Shown piece after piece: positions 24,805-34,139 of a DNA stretch of 36,636 bases (position 1 is the stretch's first letter; each line of letters begins with the position of its first letter). The DNA is from an uncultured Candidatus Bathyarchaeia archaeon (GTDB taxonomy: Archaea; Thermoproteota; Bathyarchaeia; TCS64). The stretch covers positions 1-36,636 of the forward strand of contig CAYONH010000003.1 of NCBI GenBank assembly GCA_964405275.1, read 5' to 3'. A program made the translations under genes and the position numbers. The notes below the pieces were generated by a model that was given only the letters and a program-made list of their open reading frames with translations, made no database searches and was not told the origin of the DNA.

Positions 24805-25482
24805 TCACCTACTCCGGGTCCAGCCGTGCTCACCGATGAGGGGTACGTAGGAGACCTTCATGAGCGTCCTCATGCTTGTTTTTCCGTCCCCGTCCTTCTC
24901 CATGAGCACGAGGTCCTGCCCGAAGACACTGTAGCTGCTCCCCACGGGAGCCATGAGCTTCCCGGGGGATCCTAACTGCACAACGAGGGGCTCCGGGACC
25001 TTTGGGCAGGCTGCTGTGACGCAGATGGCGTCGTATGGAGCCTTATCTTCGTATCCTAGGGAGCCGTCTCCCAGCACGAGGATGATGCCTCGATATCCTG
25101 TCCTGTCCAGGTTAGCTTGGGCGAATCGGTACGTTATCTCGTTTATCTCCACGGAGACAACGAGCCCTGATTCGCCCACGAGCTCCCTTGCCAGCGCCGC
25201 CCCGTATCCCGAGCCCGCCCCGATCTCCAGGACCCGGTCCCCCTCCTTCAGGCTGAGGGGCTCGTAGAAGATGGGGTACATGTACGGTGCCGAGATTGTC
25301 TGGCCTCCGTCGCCGGGTATCGGGAAAGGTTTGTCGACGTAGGCGTAGCTGGCGTAGATTGGGTCCATGAACTCCTCACGGGGCACCCTCATGACAGCCT
25401 CCGCCATCGCCTCCGAGCTGATGTACCCTGACTTCATGTAGCGCTGGACCATCTGCCGCCTCTGCTCGGAGAAATCGGGCAT
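24805..25482 (-). CDS. pcm: protein-L-isoaspartate O-methyltransferase
   Basis: Contains QTISAPYM, VLEIGAGSGYGAA, GDGSLGY and PYDAICVTAA. Confidence 0.88.
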   Translation of the reverse strand: MPDFSEQRRQMVQRYMKSGYISSEAMAEAVMRVPREEFMDPIYASYAYVDKPFPIPGDGGQTISAPYMYPIFYEPLSLKEGDRVLEIGAGSGYGAALARELVGESGLVVSVEINEITYRFAQANLDRTGYRGIILVLGDGSLGYEDKAPYDAICVTAACPKVPEPLVVQLGSPGKLMAPVGSSYSVFGQDLVLMEKDGDGKTSMRTLMKVSYVPLIGEHGWTRSR

Positions 25483-25533
25483 TGGAATCCTGAGAAGAAA
25501 AGGGAAGGTGTATGAATATAATGGTTAGGAGGG

Positions 25534-26676
25534 TCAGGTGATGACCCCGGCCTTCCTGAGGTCGACGACCTGCTCCTTCGAGTACCCAAGCAGCTTGGTC
25601 AGGACCTCCTCGTTGTGCTGCCCCAGGGTGGGCGCCGGGAGCCTGATGCTCGCCGGGGACTTCTCCAGCTTCACCGGGAAGCCCGGAGACCTCACCAGCC
25701 CGGCTGCCGGATGCTCCACCTCCGTGATGATCTCCCTGGCCTTCACGTGGGGGTCCTCGAGCATCGACTCTATGTCGTAGACAGGGGCCACGGGCACCGA
25801 CTGGGGCGCAAGCGCGTTTACGATGTCCATGGTCGTGTTGGACTCCGCCCACTCCTTGAGCTCATCCGTGGTCTCGAGGCTCTCCACCCCCATGCCCCTC
25901 TCGAGGCGGGTCCTCATGTGGGGGTCGGCCGCTATGTAGACCCACCCGTCGAGCGTCTTGAACATGCCAAAGGTGCTCAGGGCGATCGTCGGCCTATCCA
26001 TAGCGGGCTGAGGGTGGTCCACCCTCATGGTGTGCCTCGTGATCCCGACGCCCGTCTGAGCGATCATGGTGTCGAGCTGAGCCACGTCCACGAGCTGCCC
26101 CTCCCCCGTCCTGTCCCTGTAGCGTATCGCGCCTAGGATGGCGATCACGCCCCAGAGCCCCGGGTCGAGGTCTCCGTGCCACTCAGCAGGTCTAAGAGGA
26201 GGGCCCTCAGGATCGACTCCCCTGCCTGTGAGCCAGTACCACCCCGCCATGGCTGACGCGATGGGGGCGAAGCTGGCGCGGGGCATGTACGGCCCGGTGA
26301 GCCCGAAGCCGCTCAGGGAGGCATATATGATGTCAGGCTTCACCTTCTTGACGGCCTCATAACCCAGCCCAAGCTTGTCCATGGTCCCCCTCTTGAAGTT
26401 CTCGACTATTACGTCGCTCTTCTCGGCGAGCGCCATGGCGATCTCCAGGGCTTTGGGCTCCTTCAGGTTCAGGGTCACCCCCTTCTTGTTCCTGTCCAGG
26501 TAGAGGAAGACGGAGCTCATCCCGCCGTATAGGGGGGCGTACATCCTCGCCATCTCGCCCCACGGAGGCTCCACCTTGATCACGTCCGCCCCCATGTCCC
26601 CCAGGACCATCGTCGTGTAGGGGCCGAAGTAGACGTGGCTGAAATCTAATATCCGGATATCGTCAAGCATTCCCAT
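25534..26676 (-). CDS. CoA-transferase family III (CaiB/BaiF-like)
   Basis: 380 aa. The N-terminus LDDIRILDFSHVYFGPYTTMVLGDMGADVIKVEPP is typical of the family. Confidence 0.88.
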   Translation of the reverse strand: MGMLDDIRILDFSHVYFGPYTTMVLGDMGADVIKVEPPWGEMARMYAPLYGGMSSVFLYLDRNKKGVTLNLKEPKALEIAMALAEKSDVIVENFKRGTMDKLGLGYEAVKKVKPDIIYASLSGFGLTGPYMPRASFAPIASAMAGWYWLTGRGVDPEGPPLRPAEWHGDLDPGLWGVIAILGAIRYRDRTGEGQLVDVAQLDTMIAQTGVGITRHTMRVDHPQPAMDRPTIALSTFGMFKTLDGWVYIAADPHMRTRLERGMGVESLETTDELKEWAESNTTMDIVNALAPQSVPVAPVYDIESMLEDPHVKAREIITEVEHPAAGLVRSPGFPVKLEKSPASIRLPAPTLGQHNEEVLTKLLGYSKEQVVDLRKAGVIT

Positions 26677-26773
26677 TGCATAATCACCAGTCCAGATGGG
26701 ACCACTTCCATATAAAATAAGTTTTATGTGGAGTGCGATCAGTTATTTATGAGAGTAAGAGGGTCCCCGACCG

Positions 26774-26947
26774 ATGAGCGATAAGTTCGTCGACCGTGTC
26801 AAAGACTTCCTCCTCGAGGCCATTGAGGGCTACAGGATAGGAAGGGAACGTTTCGGCATCTATTGGACGGTCTTCACGGTCTCGATGATCTTGTTTTCAG
26901 TCATACTAATTCTATTCGCGATCATTGTAGCTGTCCTATACCTATAG
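26774..26947 (+). CDS. hypothetical 57-aa tail-anchored membrane protein
   Basis: Not in the ORF track. The sequence is MSDKFVDRVKDFLLEAIEGYRIGRERFGIYWTVFTVSMILFSVILILFAIIVAVLYL. It has an amphipathic N-terminus and one C-terminal TM. AT-rich TATA-like elements (CATATAAAATAAG, TTATTTATG) lie 20-60 nt upstream. Confidence 0.4.
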   Translation: MSDKFVDRVKDFLLEAIEGYRIGRERFGIYWTVFTVSMILFSVILILFAIIVAVLYL

Positions 26948-26953
26948 AGAAGC

Positions 26954-27442
26954 CTAGGTCGAGGTTACCTTCCACAGTTTGTCTCCCACGTAGTGGATGC
27001 TCTTGACTGCTTTTCCCTTGGGCATCTCCCTCATTTCCTCCGAAGGGACCAGGGCGACCCCCACAGCCAGTGACTTTCCGTGCCTCTCGTCCCTCACGAT
27101 GACGAGATCGCCCTTTCCGAACTCTCCGTCGATGCTGGTGATACCCGGTGACATCACGTCGGCGCCGTTGCAGACGTAGGGGATGGCCCCCATATCCACC
27201 AGAACTGAAGGCAGGCCCTCGACGCTCTCATTCAATAGGGTGGGAAATAGGACCTCATCTCTCCTCGCAAGCATGATGTCTCCGTCGATGATGAAGACAG
27301 TCATGCCGTCCTCGGTCTTGGCCTGTATTATTGAGTTGGTCTCGTCCCGTAGGAGGCCACCGGCTTCGTCTTTCAATCTCCTGACGTCTTTGCGGCGCAT
27401 AGTACGCCGTTTTACGAGTTTAGGACCCGAAATATCCCCCAT
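26954..27442 (-). CDS. PUA domain-containing RNA-binding protein (COG2016-like)
   Basis: 162 aa with a C-terminal PUA signature: VCNGADVMSPGI...GDLVIVRDERHGKSLAVGVAL. Confidence 0.8.
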   Translation of the reverse strand: MGDISGPKLVKRRTMRRKDVRRLKDEAGGLLRDETNSIIQAKTEDGMTVFIIDGDIMLARRDEVLFPTLLNESVEGLPSVLVDMGAIPYVCNGADVMSPGITSIDGEFGKGDLVIVRDERHGKSLAVGVALVPSEEMREMPKGKAVKSIHYVGDKLWKVTST

Positions 27443-27528
27443 AACACACCATCAACTGACAAAGCTAATAAGCAGATGAGAGCACTAACCTTTTGGACGA
27501 CCCTATATATGGTACTTGAGGGTTTCCG

Positions 27529-27849
27529 ATGGTAGGTATCTCAATGAGAGGCGTCATCGACAAGATCATAGGCAAGAGTGAAGAAACCGCTGTAGCTCCG
27601 AGCGAGACGTACATCAAGGCGATTCCTCTGAAGGCGTATGAGGACGTCGACATTATTAAGTCCGAGGTGAGGGCGGGGAACATCGTCATCACCAACGTCT
27701 CGCCCTTGGCCAAGCAGAACATCGACGACGTCAAGCGGGCCATCAACGAGCTCAACGAGTACGCCGTCCTCATAAAGGGGGACATAGCCCGCCTCGGAGA
27801 GGAACGGGTGATACTGACCCCGAAGAGCGTCAAGATCTGGCGAGCCTGA
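27529..27849 (+). CDS. sepF: cell division protein SepF-like (DUF552)
   Basis: 106 aa. Contains YIKAIPLKAYEDVDIIKSEVRAGNIVITNVSPLAKQNIDDVKRAINELNEYAVLIKGDIARLGEERVILTP, which matches the archaeal SepF pattern by recall. Confidence 0.8.
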   Translation: MVGISMRGVIDKIIGKSEETAVAPSETYIKAIPLKAYEDVDIIKSEVRAGNIVITNVSPLAKQNIDDVKRAINELNEYAVLIKGDIARLGEERVILTPKSVKIWRA

Positions 27850-27859
27850 TCTAATAATT

Positions 27860-29773
27860 CTAGGCGAGTAGGAAGGTCTCAAGCATCCCAGGGCTGAATC
27901 CCTTCACGCCCCTCATCTTCGAGATGGTCCTGGCCATGTTTACGGTCTTGGACTCCTCGCCGTGGACCATGAACACCCTCCTGGGCGTGGGCCGCATCTG
28001 TCTCACGTAGTTGATGAGCTGGTTCCTGTCGGAGTGACCAGAGAAGCCCTCGATGGTGTGCGTCGAGAGCTTCACGTTGGTGATCTCCATCTTCCCGTCC
28101 CTGCTGTAGGTCTGGACCGACCTCAGCCCAGCCTGGAGCCTCTGGCCCATGGTCCCGTTGACCTGGTAGCTCACGAAGATGAGGCCGTTCTCATCCCAGG
28201 GGGCGAGGCGCTTGAAGTACTCTATGACGGGGCCCCCCTCCATCATGCCGGCCGTGGCCATTATGATGCAGGGGCCGCCCTCTGCGATCTCGTCCCTTCT
28301 GTCGTGCTGCTTGACTACCGTGAAGTAGTCGGACTCGAAGGGGTTCCTGCCCTCCCTGAGTATCAGGTCCCTCAGGTTGGACGAGAGGTAGTCCGGATAG
28401 GCGGTGTGGATCCCCGTCGCCTCAGAGATCATCCCCTCGATGTAGACGGGGACCTCTGTGAGCTCACCCTCCTCCATGTACCTGTTGATGACCATCAGTA
28501 TCTCCTGGGCCCTCCCGACGGCGGGGACTGGGATGATGACCTTCCCGTTCTTGAGGATGCTGTTGGCGATGTCAACGAACATGGCGTCGGTGTTCGCCCT
28601 GGGCGGGGTGACGTTGTCCGGGGCTCCGTAGGTGCTCTCCATGATGAGGGTCTCGACCCTCGGGAAATCGGAGATCGCGGGGGCCAGGAGCTCCGTATGG
28701 CCGTACTTGAAGTCCCCAGTGTAGACGACGTTGTGCAGCCCCCGTCCGATGTGGAGGTGGACCATTGAAGAACCGAGGATGTGGCCCGCGTTGTGCAGCG
28801 TCAGGCGTATGTCGGGCGATACGTCCGTCACCTCCCCCCAGGAGAGGGGTATCGTCCTCACTATCACCTCACGTATGTCGTCGGCGCCGTACGGGGGAAC
28901 ACGCCCCTCCTTGGTCATGACGTCCAGGTAGTCCCCCTGGAGCAGGGTCATGAGGCTGGCGGTGGGCGCCGAGCAGTAGACCGGCCCCTTGTATCCGTAC
29001 TTGTATAGGTAGGGCAGGAAGCCGCAGTGGTCCAGGTGGGCGTGGGTGATTACCACGGCATCAAGGCGGTTCAGATCGAACTCCTCGACGTCGATCCTGG
29101 GGAAGGCCTGCAGGGGCCTGTTGGTGCCGGGGTTGATCCCGCAGTCTAGGAGGACGCTGCTCTCTACTGTGCGTATGAGTATGGCGGATCTGCCGACGTG
29201 CTTGCTGCTCCCCAGGAAGGTCACGCGGACGTCCCGGGATTGAGTGTACATAGGCCTGAAGATGGACTCCCCGGTCTCCCTGAGGAACCTCTCCCTCTCC
29301 GTGCTCTTCGAGTAGAGGTATCCCCGGATCTGCTTGATGGTGAGGCTTGGGATCGGGGGCGACCTGACGACGTTGGGGGTCCAGTGAGTCTTCTGGACTA
29401 TCTCCAGGAGGTTAGATCCCCCCTTCCCTATGGCGACCCCAGGCCTCTCCACCTCGAGGGTCACCTCCCCCAGGGCGGGATCGAAGTAGCACTGCACGAG
29501 GCCCGCCTCCTCGAAGATCTCCTTGATCACGTTCTCGGCCTCGTTCTCGTTCGCCCTCACTGAGGGGTCGGAGCGGATAACGATCCGTTTCTTGATCTTA
29601 CCAGCGATATCCGCCACGATGTGGCTGTTCTCCTGGAGGACCTCGGGCTTCTTCGTGTAGATGGCCAGACGTGGGCCCTCGAACTCTATCCTGGTTATAC
29701 CTATCTCAGTGGGGATGTTCTCGAAGATAGTGTTCCTTATCTCGGCGAAGGAGATCCCTTGGGTCGTATGCAT
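27860..29773 (-). CDS. fttA: aCPSF1/FttA beta-CASP ribonuclease (KH + metallo-beta-lactamase + beta-CASP)
   Basis: 637 aa. The N-terminus has KH domains (VAIGKGGSNL) and the MBL motif is ITHAHLDHCG. Length and position immediately downstream of psmB are typical. Confidence 0.92.
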   Translation of the reverse strand: MHTTQGISFAEIRNTIFENIPTEIGITRIEFEGPRLAIYTKKPEVLQENSHIVADIAGKIKKRIVIRSDPSVRANENEAENVIKEIFEEAGLVQCYFDPALGEVTLEVERPGVAIGKGGSNLLEIVQKTHWTPNVVRSPPIPSLTIKQIRGYLYSKSTERERFLRETGESIFRPMYTQSRDVRVTFLGSSKHVGRSAILIRTVESSVLLDCGINPGTNRPLQAFPRIDVEEFDLNRLDAVVITHAHLDHCGFLPYLYKYGYKGPVYCSAPTASLMTLLQGDYLDVMTKEGRVPPYGADDIREVIVRTIPLSWGEVTDVSPDIRLTLHNAGHILGSSMVHLHIGRGLHNVVYTGDFKYGHTELLAPAISDFPRVETLIMESTYGAPDNVTPPRANTDAMFVDIANSILKNGKVIIPVPAVGRAQEILMVINRYMEEGELTEVPVYIEGMISEATGIHTAYPDYLSSNLRDLILREGRNPFESDYFTVVKQHDRRDEIAEGGPCIIMATAGMMEGGPVIEYFKRLAPWDENGLIFVSYQVNGTMGQRLQAGLRSVQTYSRDGKMEITNVKLSTHTIEGFSGHSDRNQLINYVRQMRPTPRRVFMVHGEESKTVNMARTISKMRGVKGFSPGMLETFLLA

Positions 29774-29780
29774 CGGGAAT

Positions 29781-30413
29781 CTAACTCTCTAGTAGAGCGA
29801 TCTTCTCCTCTTCAGATAGCTCCTTGAAACCGTCTGAGGTAATCACGGCGACATCGAAGTTGTCACCGCTGGCGACGTCCCGCTTCATAGCGGAATCCAC
29901 CGCCTTGACCACGATGGGCGCCATGTCCGCGACCGTGCTGTCCTCCTTGTATCTGTCCTCGAGGACTCCATAGGCGAACGGAGAGCCGGAGCCCGTGGAG
30001 ACCATCGTCTCCTCGGTGAGACTTCCATAGGGGTCAAGGTTGTAGACGTGGGGCCCGGTCAGGTCTACGCCCCCTATGAGTGCCTGAAGCGGAAGGGGAG
30101 CCCCCACCTCCCTGTTTGAGAACAGGATGTTGGAGACGAGCATCGCGGCCGCCGCCACGGGCATGGGCCTGCCCTTCTCGAGGTTGTAGAGCTTGGCGTT
30201 CACCTTGAGGATGTCGACTACCCTCTGCGCCGCGGCCACCCCTCCGGCGATGGTCATCGCCAGCTGGTCCGTGATCTGGTACACCTTCTTGGCGTGTTTA
30301 CTCGCTACGTAGCTGCCCATGGTGGCCCTAGTGTCAGTTGCCATGATTACGCCGTCGTTACAGACAGCCGCAACCGTGGTAGTCCCCTTGTATTCACCTA
30401 TCGTATTTTCCAT
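29781..30413 (-). CDS. psmB: proteasome subunit beta
   Basis: Propeptide MENTIGEYKG is followed by the catalytic Thr (TTTVAAVCNDGVIMATDTRAT). Trimmed from TTG at 30467 to ATG at 30413. Confidence 0.9.
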   Translation of the reverse strand: MENTIGEYKGTTTVAAVCNDGVIMATDTRATMGSYVASKHAKKVYQITDQLAMTIAGGVAAAQRVVDILKVNAKLYNLEKGRPMPVAAAAMLVSNILFSNREVGAPLPLQALIGGVDLTGPHVYNLDPYGSLTEETMVSTGSGSPFAYGVLEDRYKEDSTVADMAPIVVKAVDSAMKRDVASGDNFDVAVITSDGFKELSEEEKIALLES

Positions 30414-30547
30414 CTCAGTATCCTCAGATCGGGTACGAATGATAGTAATCCTAGAAAGGAAAACCAAGTAAGATAAAAATGTCTCCTTTAAAAACCTTTC
30501 TTGGATTGAAAAAAGCGATATATCAAATTTTCCCCGTGTGGAGGCGA

Positions 30548-30564
30548 CGAAAAAGGCTTATTAT
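30548..30564 (+). promoter_or_regulatory. BRE/TATA-like promoter element upstream of egsA
   Basis: CGAAAAAGG-CTTATTAT lies 34 nt upstream of the TTG start at 30598. Confidence 0.45.
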
Positions 30565-30597
30565 CATGATGCGTAGTGCTTAACAAGCTGGTGCGAA

Positions 30598-31647
30598 TTG
30601 AACCACGTCCACAGGATCGATCTGCCCCGCATAGTGCTTGTTGGACAGGGCGTAGTCGATTCAATAGGCGACGTATGTGGAGAACTGGCCATCGAGAGGC
30701 CCCTCATAGTGACCGGTAAGAGGACATACGAGATAGCAGGGGGAAGAGCCAAGGCGATCCTGATGAAAGAGGGGTTCAGCGTAGAGCTGACGTATTGTTC
30801 TGCAGCGGATCTGGCCACAGTGGACAGGGTCAGGAAGGAGGCCGAGGTTATGGGGGCTGACGCCATTCTGGGCGTTGGAGGAGGGCGGACGATAGACGTC
30901 GCTAAACTAAGCGCCTTCAAGAGCGACGCTTTCTTCATAAGCGTCCCCACAACGGCCTCCCACGACGGCATAGCGAGCAGCTCCGCATCCATCAAGGGCT
31001 TTGACAAGCCATACTCAGTTAAGGCCAAGTCTCCTATAGCCGTCCTCGCGGACTCGAACATCATCGAGGAGTCGCCCTACAGGTTCACTGCCAGCGGTTG
31101 CGGTGACATAGTCGGGAAGGCCGTCTCTGTCCAGGACTGGAGGATGAGCCACGACGTGAATGGTGAGTACTACGGTGAGTACGCCGCTAGCCTGGCCCTC
31201 ATGAGCTCCAACCTCATCATGAGGAACGCCCTCCTCATCAGGGAGCGCCTTGAGGAGGGCTACAGGACGCTTCTGGAAGCCCTCGTGAGCTGCGGTGTCG
31301 CGATGAGCATAGCCGGCAGCAGCAGACCCTGCAGCGGATCTGAGCACCTCTTCAGCCACACCCTCGACGTACTCGCGCCTGGAGCGGCCCTCCACGGCGA
31401 GCAGTGCGGGGTGGGCGCGATCATGATGGCGAAGCTCCACGGTCTCGACTGGCGTGAGCTGAAGGAGAGCCTGAGGATAATCGGGGCGCCGACGACGGCC
31501 GAGGAGCTAGGTGTGGGGAAATCCACAGTCGTGGAGGCACTCGTGAAGGCGAGGGAGATAAGGCCGGATAGATACACCGTGCTGGACACCGCGAACCTGA
31601 CGCCTGAAACGGCGGAGCTCCTCGCCTCGGAATGCGGTGTAATATAG
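30598..31647 (+). CDS. egsA: sn-glycerol-1-phosphate dehydrogenase
   Basis: 349 aa. Contains GVGGGRTIDVAKL, TTASHDGIAS, GSEHLFSH and HGEQCGVG. TTG start; the exact start is uncertain. Confidence 0.88.
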   Translation: MNHVHRIDLPRIVLVGQGVVDSIGDVCGELAIERPLIVTGKRTYEIAGGRAKAILMKEGFSVELTYCSAADLATVDRVRKEAEVMGADAILGVGGGRTIDVAKLSAFKSDAFFISVPTTASHDGIASSSASIKGFDKPYSVKAKSPIAVLADSNIIEESPYRFTASGCGDIVGKAVSVQDWRMSHDVNGEYYGEYAASLALMSSNLIMRNALLIRERLEEGYRTLLEALVSCGVAMSIAGSSRPCSGSEHLFSHTLDVLAPGAALHGEQCGVGAIMMAKLHGLDWRELKESLRIIGAPTTAEELGVGKSTVVEALVKAREIRPDRYTVLDTANLTPETAELLASECGVI

Positions 31648-31685
31648 AGCTGTGCCCGGAAAGGGGGCGAAATTCACAGACTAAT

Positions 31686-31694
31686 GTTTATTAG
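31686..31694 (+). promoter_or_regulatory. TATA-like element upstream of cdc48
   Basis: GTTTATTAG lies 34-42 nt upstream of the GTG start. Confidence 0.35.
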
Positions 31695-31727
31695 CTGCAA
31701 GTTCCCCTTCTTTTTGGATTATCAAGG

Positions 31728-33911
31728 GTGGATTCCACTTTGGCCTCCGTGCAGTTGAAGGTATCTGAAGCGAAGCAGCAGAGGGATGTGGGGAGGAGTA
31801 TAGCCCGAATAGACTCCGAGACCATGAAGTCCCTCGGCGTAACGGTAGGAGACGTTATCGAGATTACTGGCAAGAAGGAGACAGCCGCCAAGGCCTGGCC
31901 GGCTTACCCAGAGGACCAGGGGCAGGGGCTCCTCAGGATAGACGGCTTCATCCGGAAGAACTCCGGCGCGTCCATTAACGAGTTCGTCTCGGTGAGGAAG
32001 GCAGAGGCGGAGTACGCCGTCTCCATCAAGCTGGCTCCCGTCGATATCCGCATCAGCGTCGACAACGACTTCGTCAGGTTCGTCAAGGACCGCCTCATCG
32101 ACAGGCCTGCCACGAGGGGGGACACGCTCCTCATCATGATGCTGGGCCACTCTGTTCCCTTCCTCGTCGTCAACACGAGGCCCAACGGGATAGTGAAGAT
32201 CTCCCCGACCACGGAGATCTCGATCATGAGCGAGCCGGTCCCCGAGATGGAGATGCCAAGCAGGACCACCTACGAGGACATCGGCGGGCTGGACGAGGAG
32301 ATCCGGCGTATCCGGGAGATGGTGGAGCTGCCCCTGAGGCACCCCGAGATCTTCCAGAGGCTGGGGATCGACCCGCCAAAGGGGGTTCTTCTCCACGGGC
32401 CGCCTGGCGGGGGCAAGACCCTCCTAGCGAGGGCCGTGGCCAACGAGTCGGACGCCAACTTCTACGCCATCAACGGCCCTGAGATCATGAGCAAGTTCTA
32501 CGGCGAGTCCGAGGCACGGATGAGGAAGATGTTCGAGGACGCCGAGAAGAACGCTCCCAGCATCCTTTTCATAGACGAGATAGACGCCATCGCCCCAAAG
32601 AGGAGCGAGGTCACCGGAGAGGTCGAGCGCAGGGTGGTCGCCCAGCTCCTGGCCTCCATGGACGGCCTCAAGGGGAGGGGGAACGTCATCGTCATCGGGG
32701 CCACCAACAGGCCCGACGCCATCGACCCAGCACTAAGGAGGCCGGGAAGGTTCGACAGGGAGGTCGAGATAGGCATCCCAGACAGGGATGGTCGCTTTGA
32801 GATCCTCCAGATCCACACCCGAGGGATGCCCCTCGCCGAAGACGTGGAATTGAAACAGATCAAAGATATAACCCATGGCTACACGGGCGCGGACCTGGAG
32901 GCCCTGAGCAGGGAGGCCGCCATGAAGGCCCTCCGCAGGTACCTGCCCCAGATCGACCTCGAGGATAAGAGGATACCCCACGAGGTCCTGGACAAGATGG
33001 AGGTCACGAACCAGGACATCCTAGACGCCTTCCGCGAGGTCACCCCCACGGCGATGCGGGAGGTATACATCGAGGCACCGAACGTGCCCTGGACCGATGT
33101 AGGCGGCCTAGAGAAGGTCAAGCAGAGCCTCAAGGAGGCCGTGGAGTGGCCTCTCAAGAACCCAGAGATGTTCAAGCGCCTCGGCATCACACCGCCCAAG
33201 GGGATACTCCTCTACGGACCCCCTGGCTGCGGGAAGACCCTCCTCGCAAGGGCTGTGGCCACCGAGTCAGAGGCCAACTTCATCTCCATCAGGGGACCAG
33301 AAATATTCAGCAAGTGGGTGGGAGAGTCCGAGAAGGCCATCAGGGAGATATTCAGGAAAGCCCGCATGGCAGCGCCCTCCATCATCTTCTTCGACGAGTT
33401 CGACGCGCTGGTGCCAAGCAGGGGCGCAGGCGGGGACTCCAGGGTCACGGAGCGGGTGATCAGCCAGCTCCTCACGGAGATCGATGGGCTCATGACTCTG
33501 CAGAACGTCCTCGTCATCGCCGCTACCAACAGGCCTGACCTCATCGACCCCGCCGTCCTCCGCCCGGGGAGATTCGACAGGCGGGTCTACGTCCCTGCGC
33601 CAACGGAGGAGGCACGCCTCAAGATACTGGAGATCCAGACCAAGGACATGCCCCTGGATGACTCCGTGTCGATCACAGACCTTGCCAGGAGGATGGTGGA
33701 CTACTCCGGTGCCGATATCGAGTCGGTGGCGCGGGAGGCGGCCATCCACGCATTAAGGCGGAGCACCGAGTCCAGCACCGTGACACTGGCGGACTTCGAG
33801 GACGCATTGGCTGACACCTCTCCCTCAATCACCTCCGACATGGAGCGGTGGTACGCCGACATCTCCAAGACCATGAGCCAGCGCGAGAAGCCTCCGATGG
33901 CCATCGCGTAG
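31728..33911 (+). CDS. cdc48: Cdc48/VCP-like AAA+ ATPase (two AAA domains)
   Basis: 727 aa with a GTG start. The Cdc48 N-domain ([23 protein letters not shown]) is present. Walker A is GPPGGGKT and GPPGCGKT. Walker B is ILFIDEID and IIFFDEFD. Confidence 0.93.
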   Translation: MDSTLASVQLKVSEAKQQRDVGRSIARIDSETMKSLGVTVGDVIEITGKKETAAKAWPAYPEDQGQGLLRIDGFIRKNSGASINEFVSVRKAEAEYAVSIKLAPVDIRISVDNDFVRFVKDRLIDRPATRGDTLLIMMLGHSVPFLVVNTRPNGIVKISPTTEISIMSEPVPEMEMPSRTTYEDIGGLDEEIRRIREMVELPLRHPEIFQRLGIDPPKGVLLHGPPGGGKTLLARAVANESDANFYAINGPEIMSKFYGESEARMRKMFEDAEKNAPSILFIDEIDAIAPKRSEVTGEVERRVVAQLLASMDGLKGRGNVIVIGATNRPDAIDPALRRPGRFDREVEIGIPDRDGRFEILQIHTRGMPLAEDVELKQIKDITHGYTGADLEALSREAAMKALRRYLPQIDLEDKRIPHEVLDKMEVTNQDILDAFREVTPTAMREVYIEAPNVPWTDVGGLEKVKQSLKEAVEWPLKNPEMFKRLGITPPKGILLYGPPGCGKTLLARAVATESEANFISIRGPEIFSKWVGESEKAIREIFRKARMAAPSIIFFDEFDALVPSRGAGGDSRVTERVISQLLTEIDGLMTLQNVLVIAATNRPDLIDPAVLRPGRFDRRVYVPAPTEEARLKILEIQTKDMPLDDSVSITDLARRMVDYSGADIESVAREAAIHALRRSTESSTVTLADFEDALADTSPSITSDMERWYADISKTMSQREKPPMAIA

Positions 33912-34136
33912 GTGATGTATGTGAACGAACGCCTGGTAACATCGACCGTCGTGGACGCCCTGGGCAGGGACGGGGCCCTCTACGTGAACGACCTCTACAA
34001 GTCGGTCCACATGCTGCACAGCGACATGGAGAAGGGGGCCTTCGAGGAGATCCTCATGCTCATGGAGCTCCAGGGCCTCCTCAGGGTCTACAAGATGCCC
34101 CGGGGGAAGCGGAAGGCAGAGCTCACCAAGGGTTGA
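33912..34136 (+). CDS. hypothetical 74-aa protein (possible small winged-helix fold)
   Basis: GTG/ATG start immediately after the cdc48 stop (TAG GTG ATG). It ends 3 nt before the fen1 start. Helical, with a basic C-terminus (YKMPRGKRKAELTKG). No family recognised. Confidence 0.5.
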   Translation: MMYVNERLVTSTVVDALGRDGALYVNDLYKSVHMLHSDMEKGAFEEILMLMELQGLLRVYKMPRGKRKAELTKG

Positions 34137-34139
34137 GAT

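Noticed and set aside
27465-27833. A 122-aa minus-strand ORF, Ser/Thr/Leu/Met-rich
   Set aside because: It is antisense to the SepF-like gene, whose sequence matches a known family pattern.
27962-28768. A 268-aa plus-strand ORF
   Set aside because: It is antisense to fttA (aCPSF1), which has unambiguous KH/MBL/beta-CASP motifs. The ORF has Pro/Gly/Asp/Val/Leu-rich shadow-frame composition.
30564-31064. A 166-aa minus-strand ORF
   Set aside because: It is antisense to egsA, which carries the G1PDH motifs.
31722-33749. Several 100-224-aa minus-strand ORFs (31722..32396, 32498..32863, 33267..33749 and others)
   Set aside because: All are antisense to or out of frame with cdc48. They have low-complexity Arg/Gly/Pro/Leu composition.
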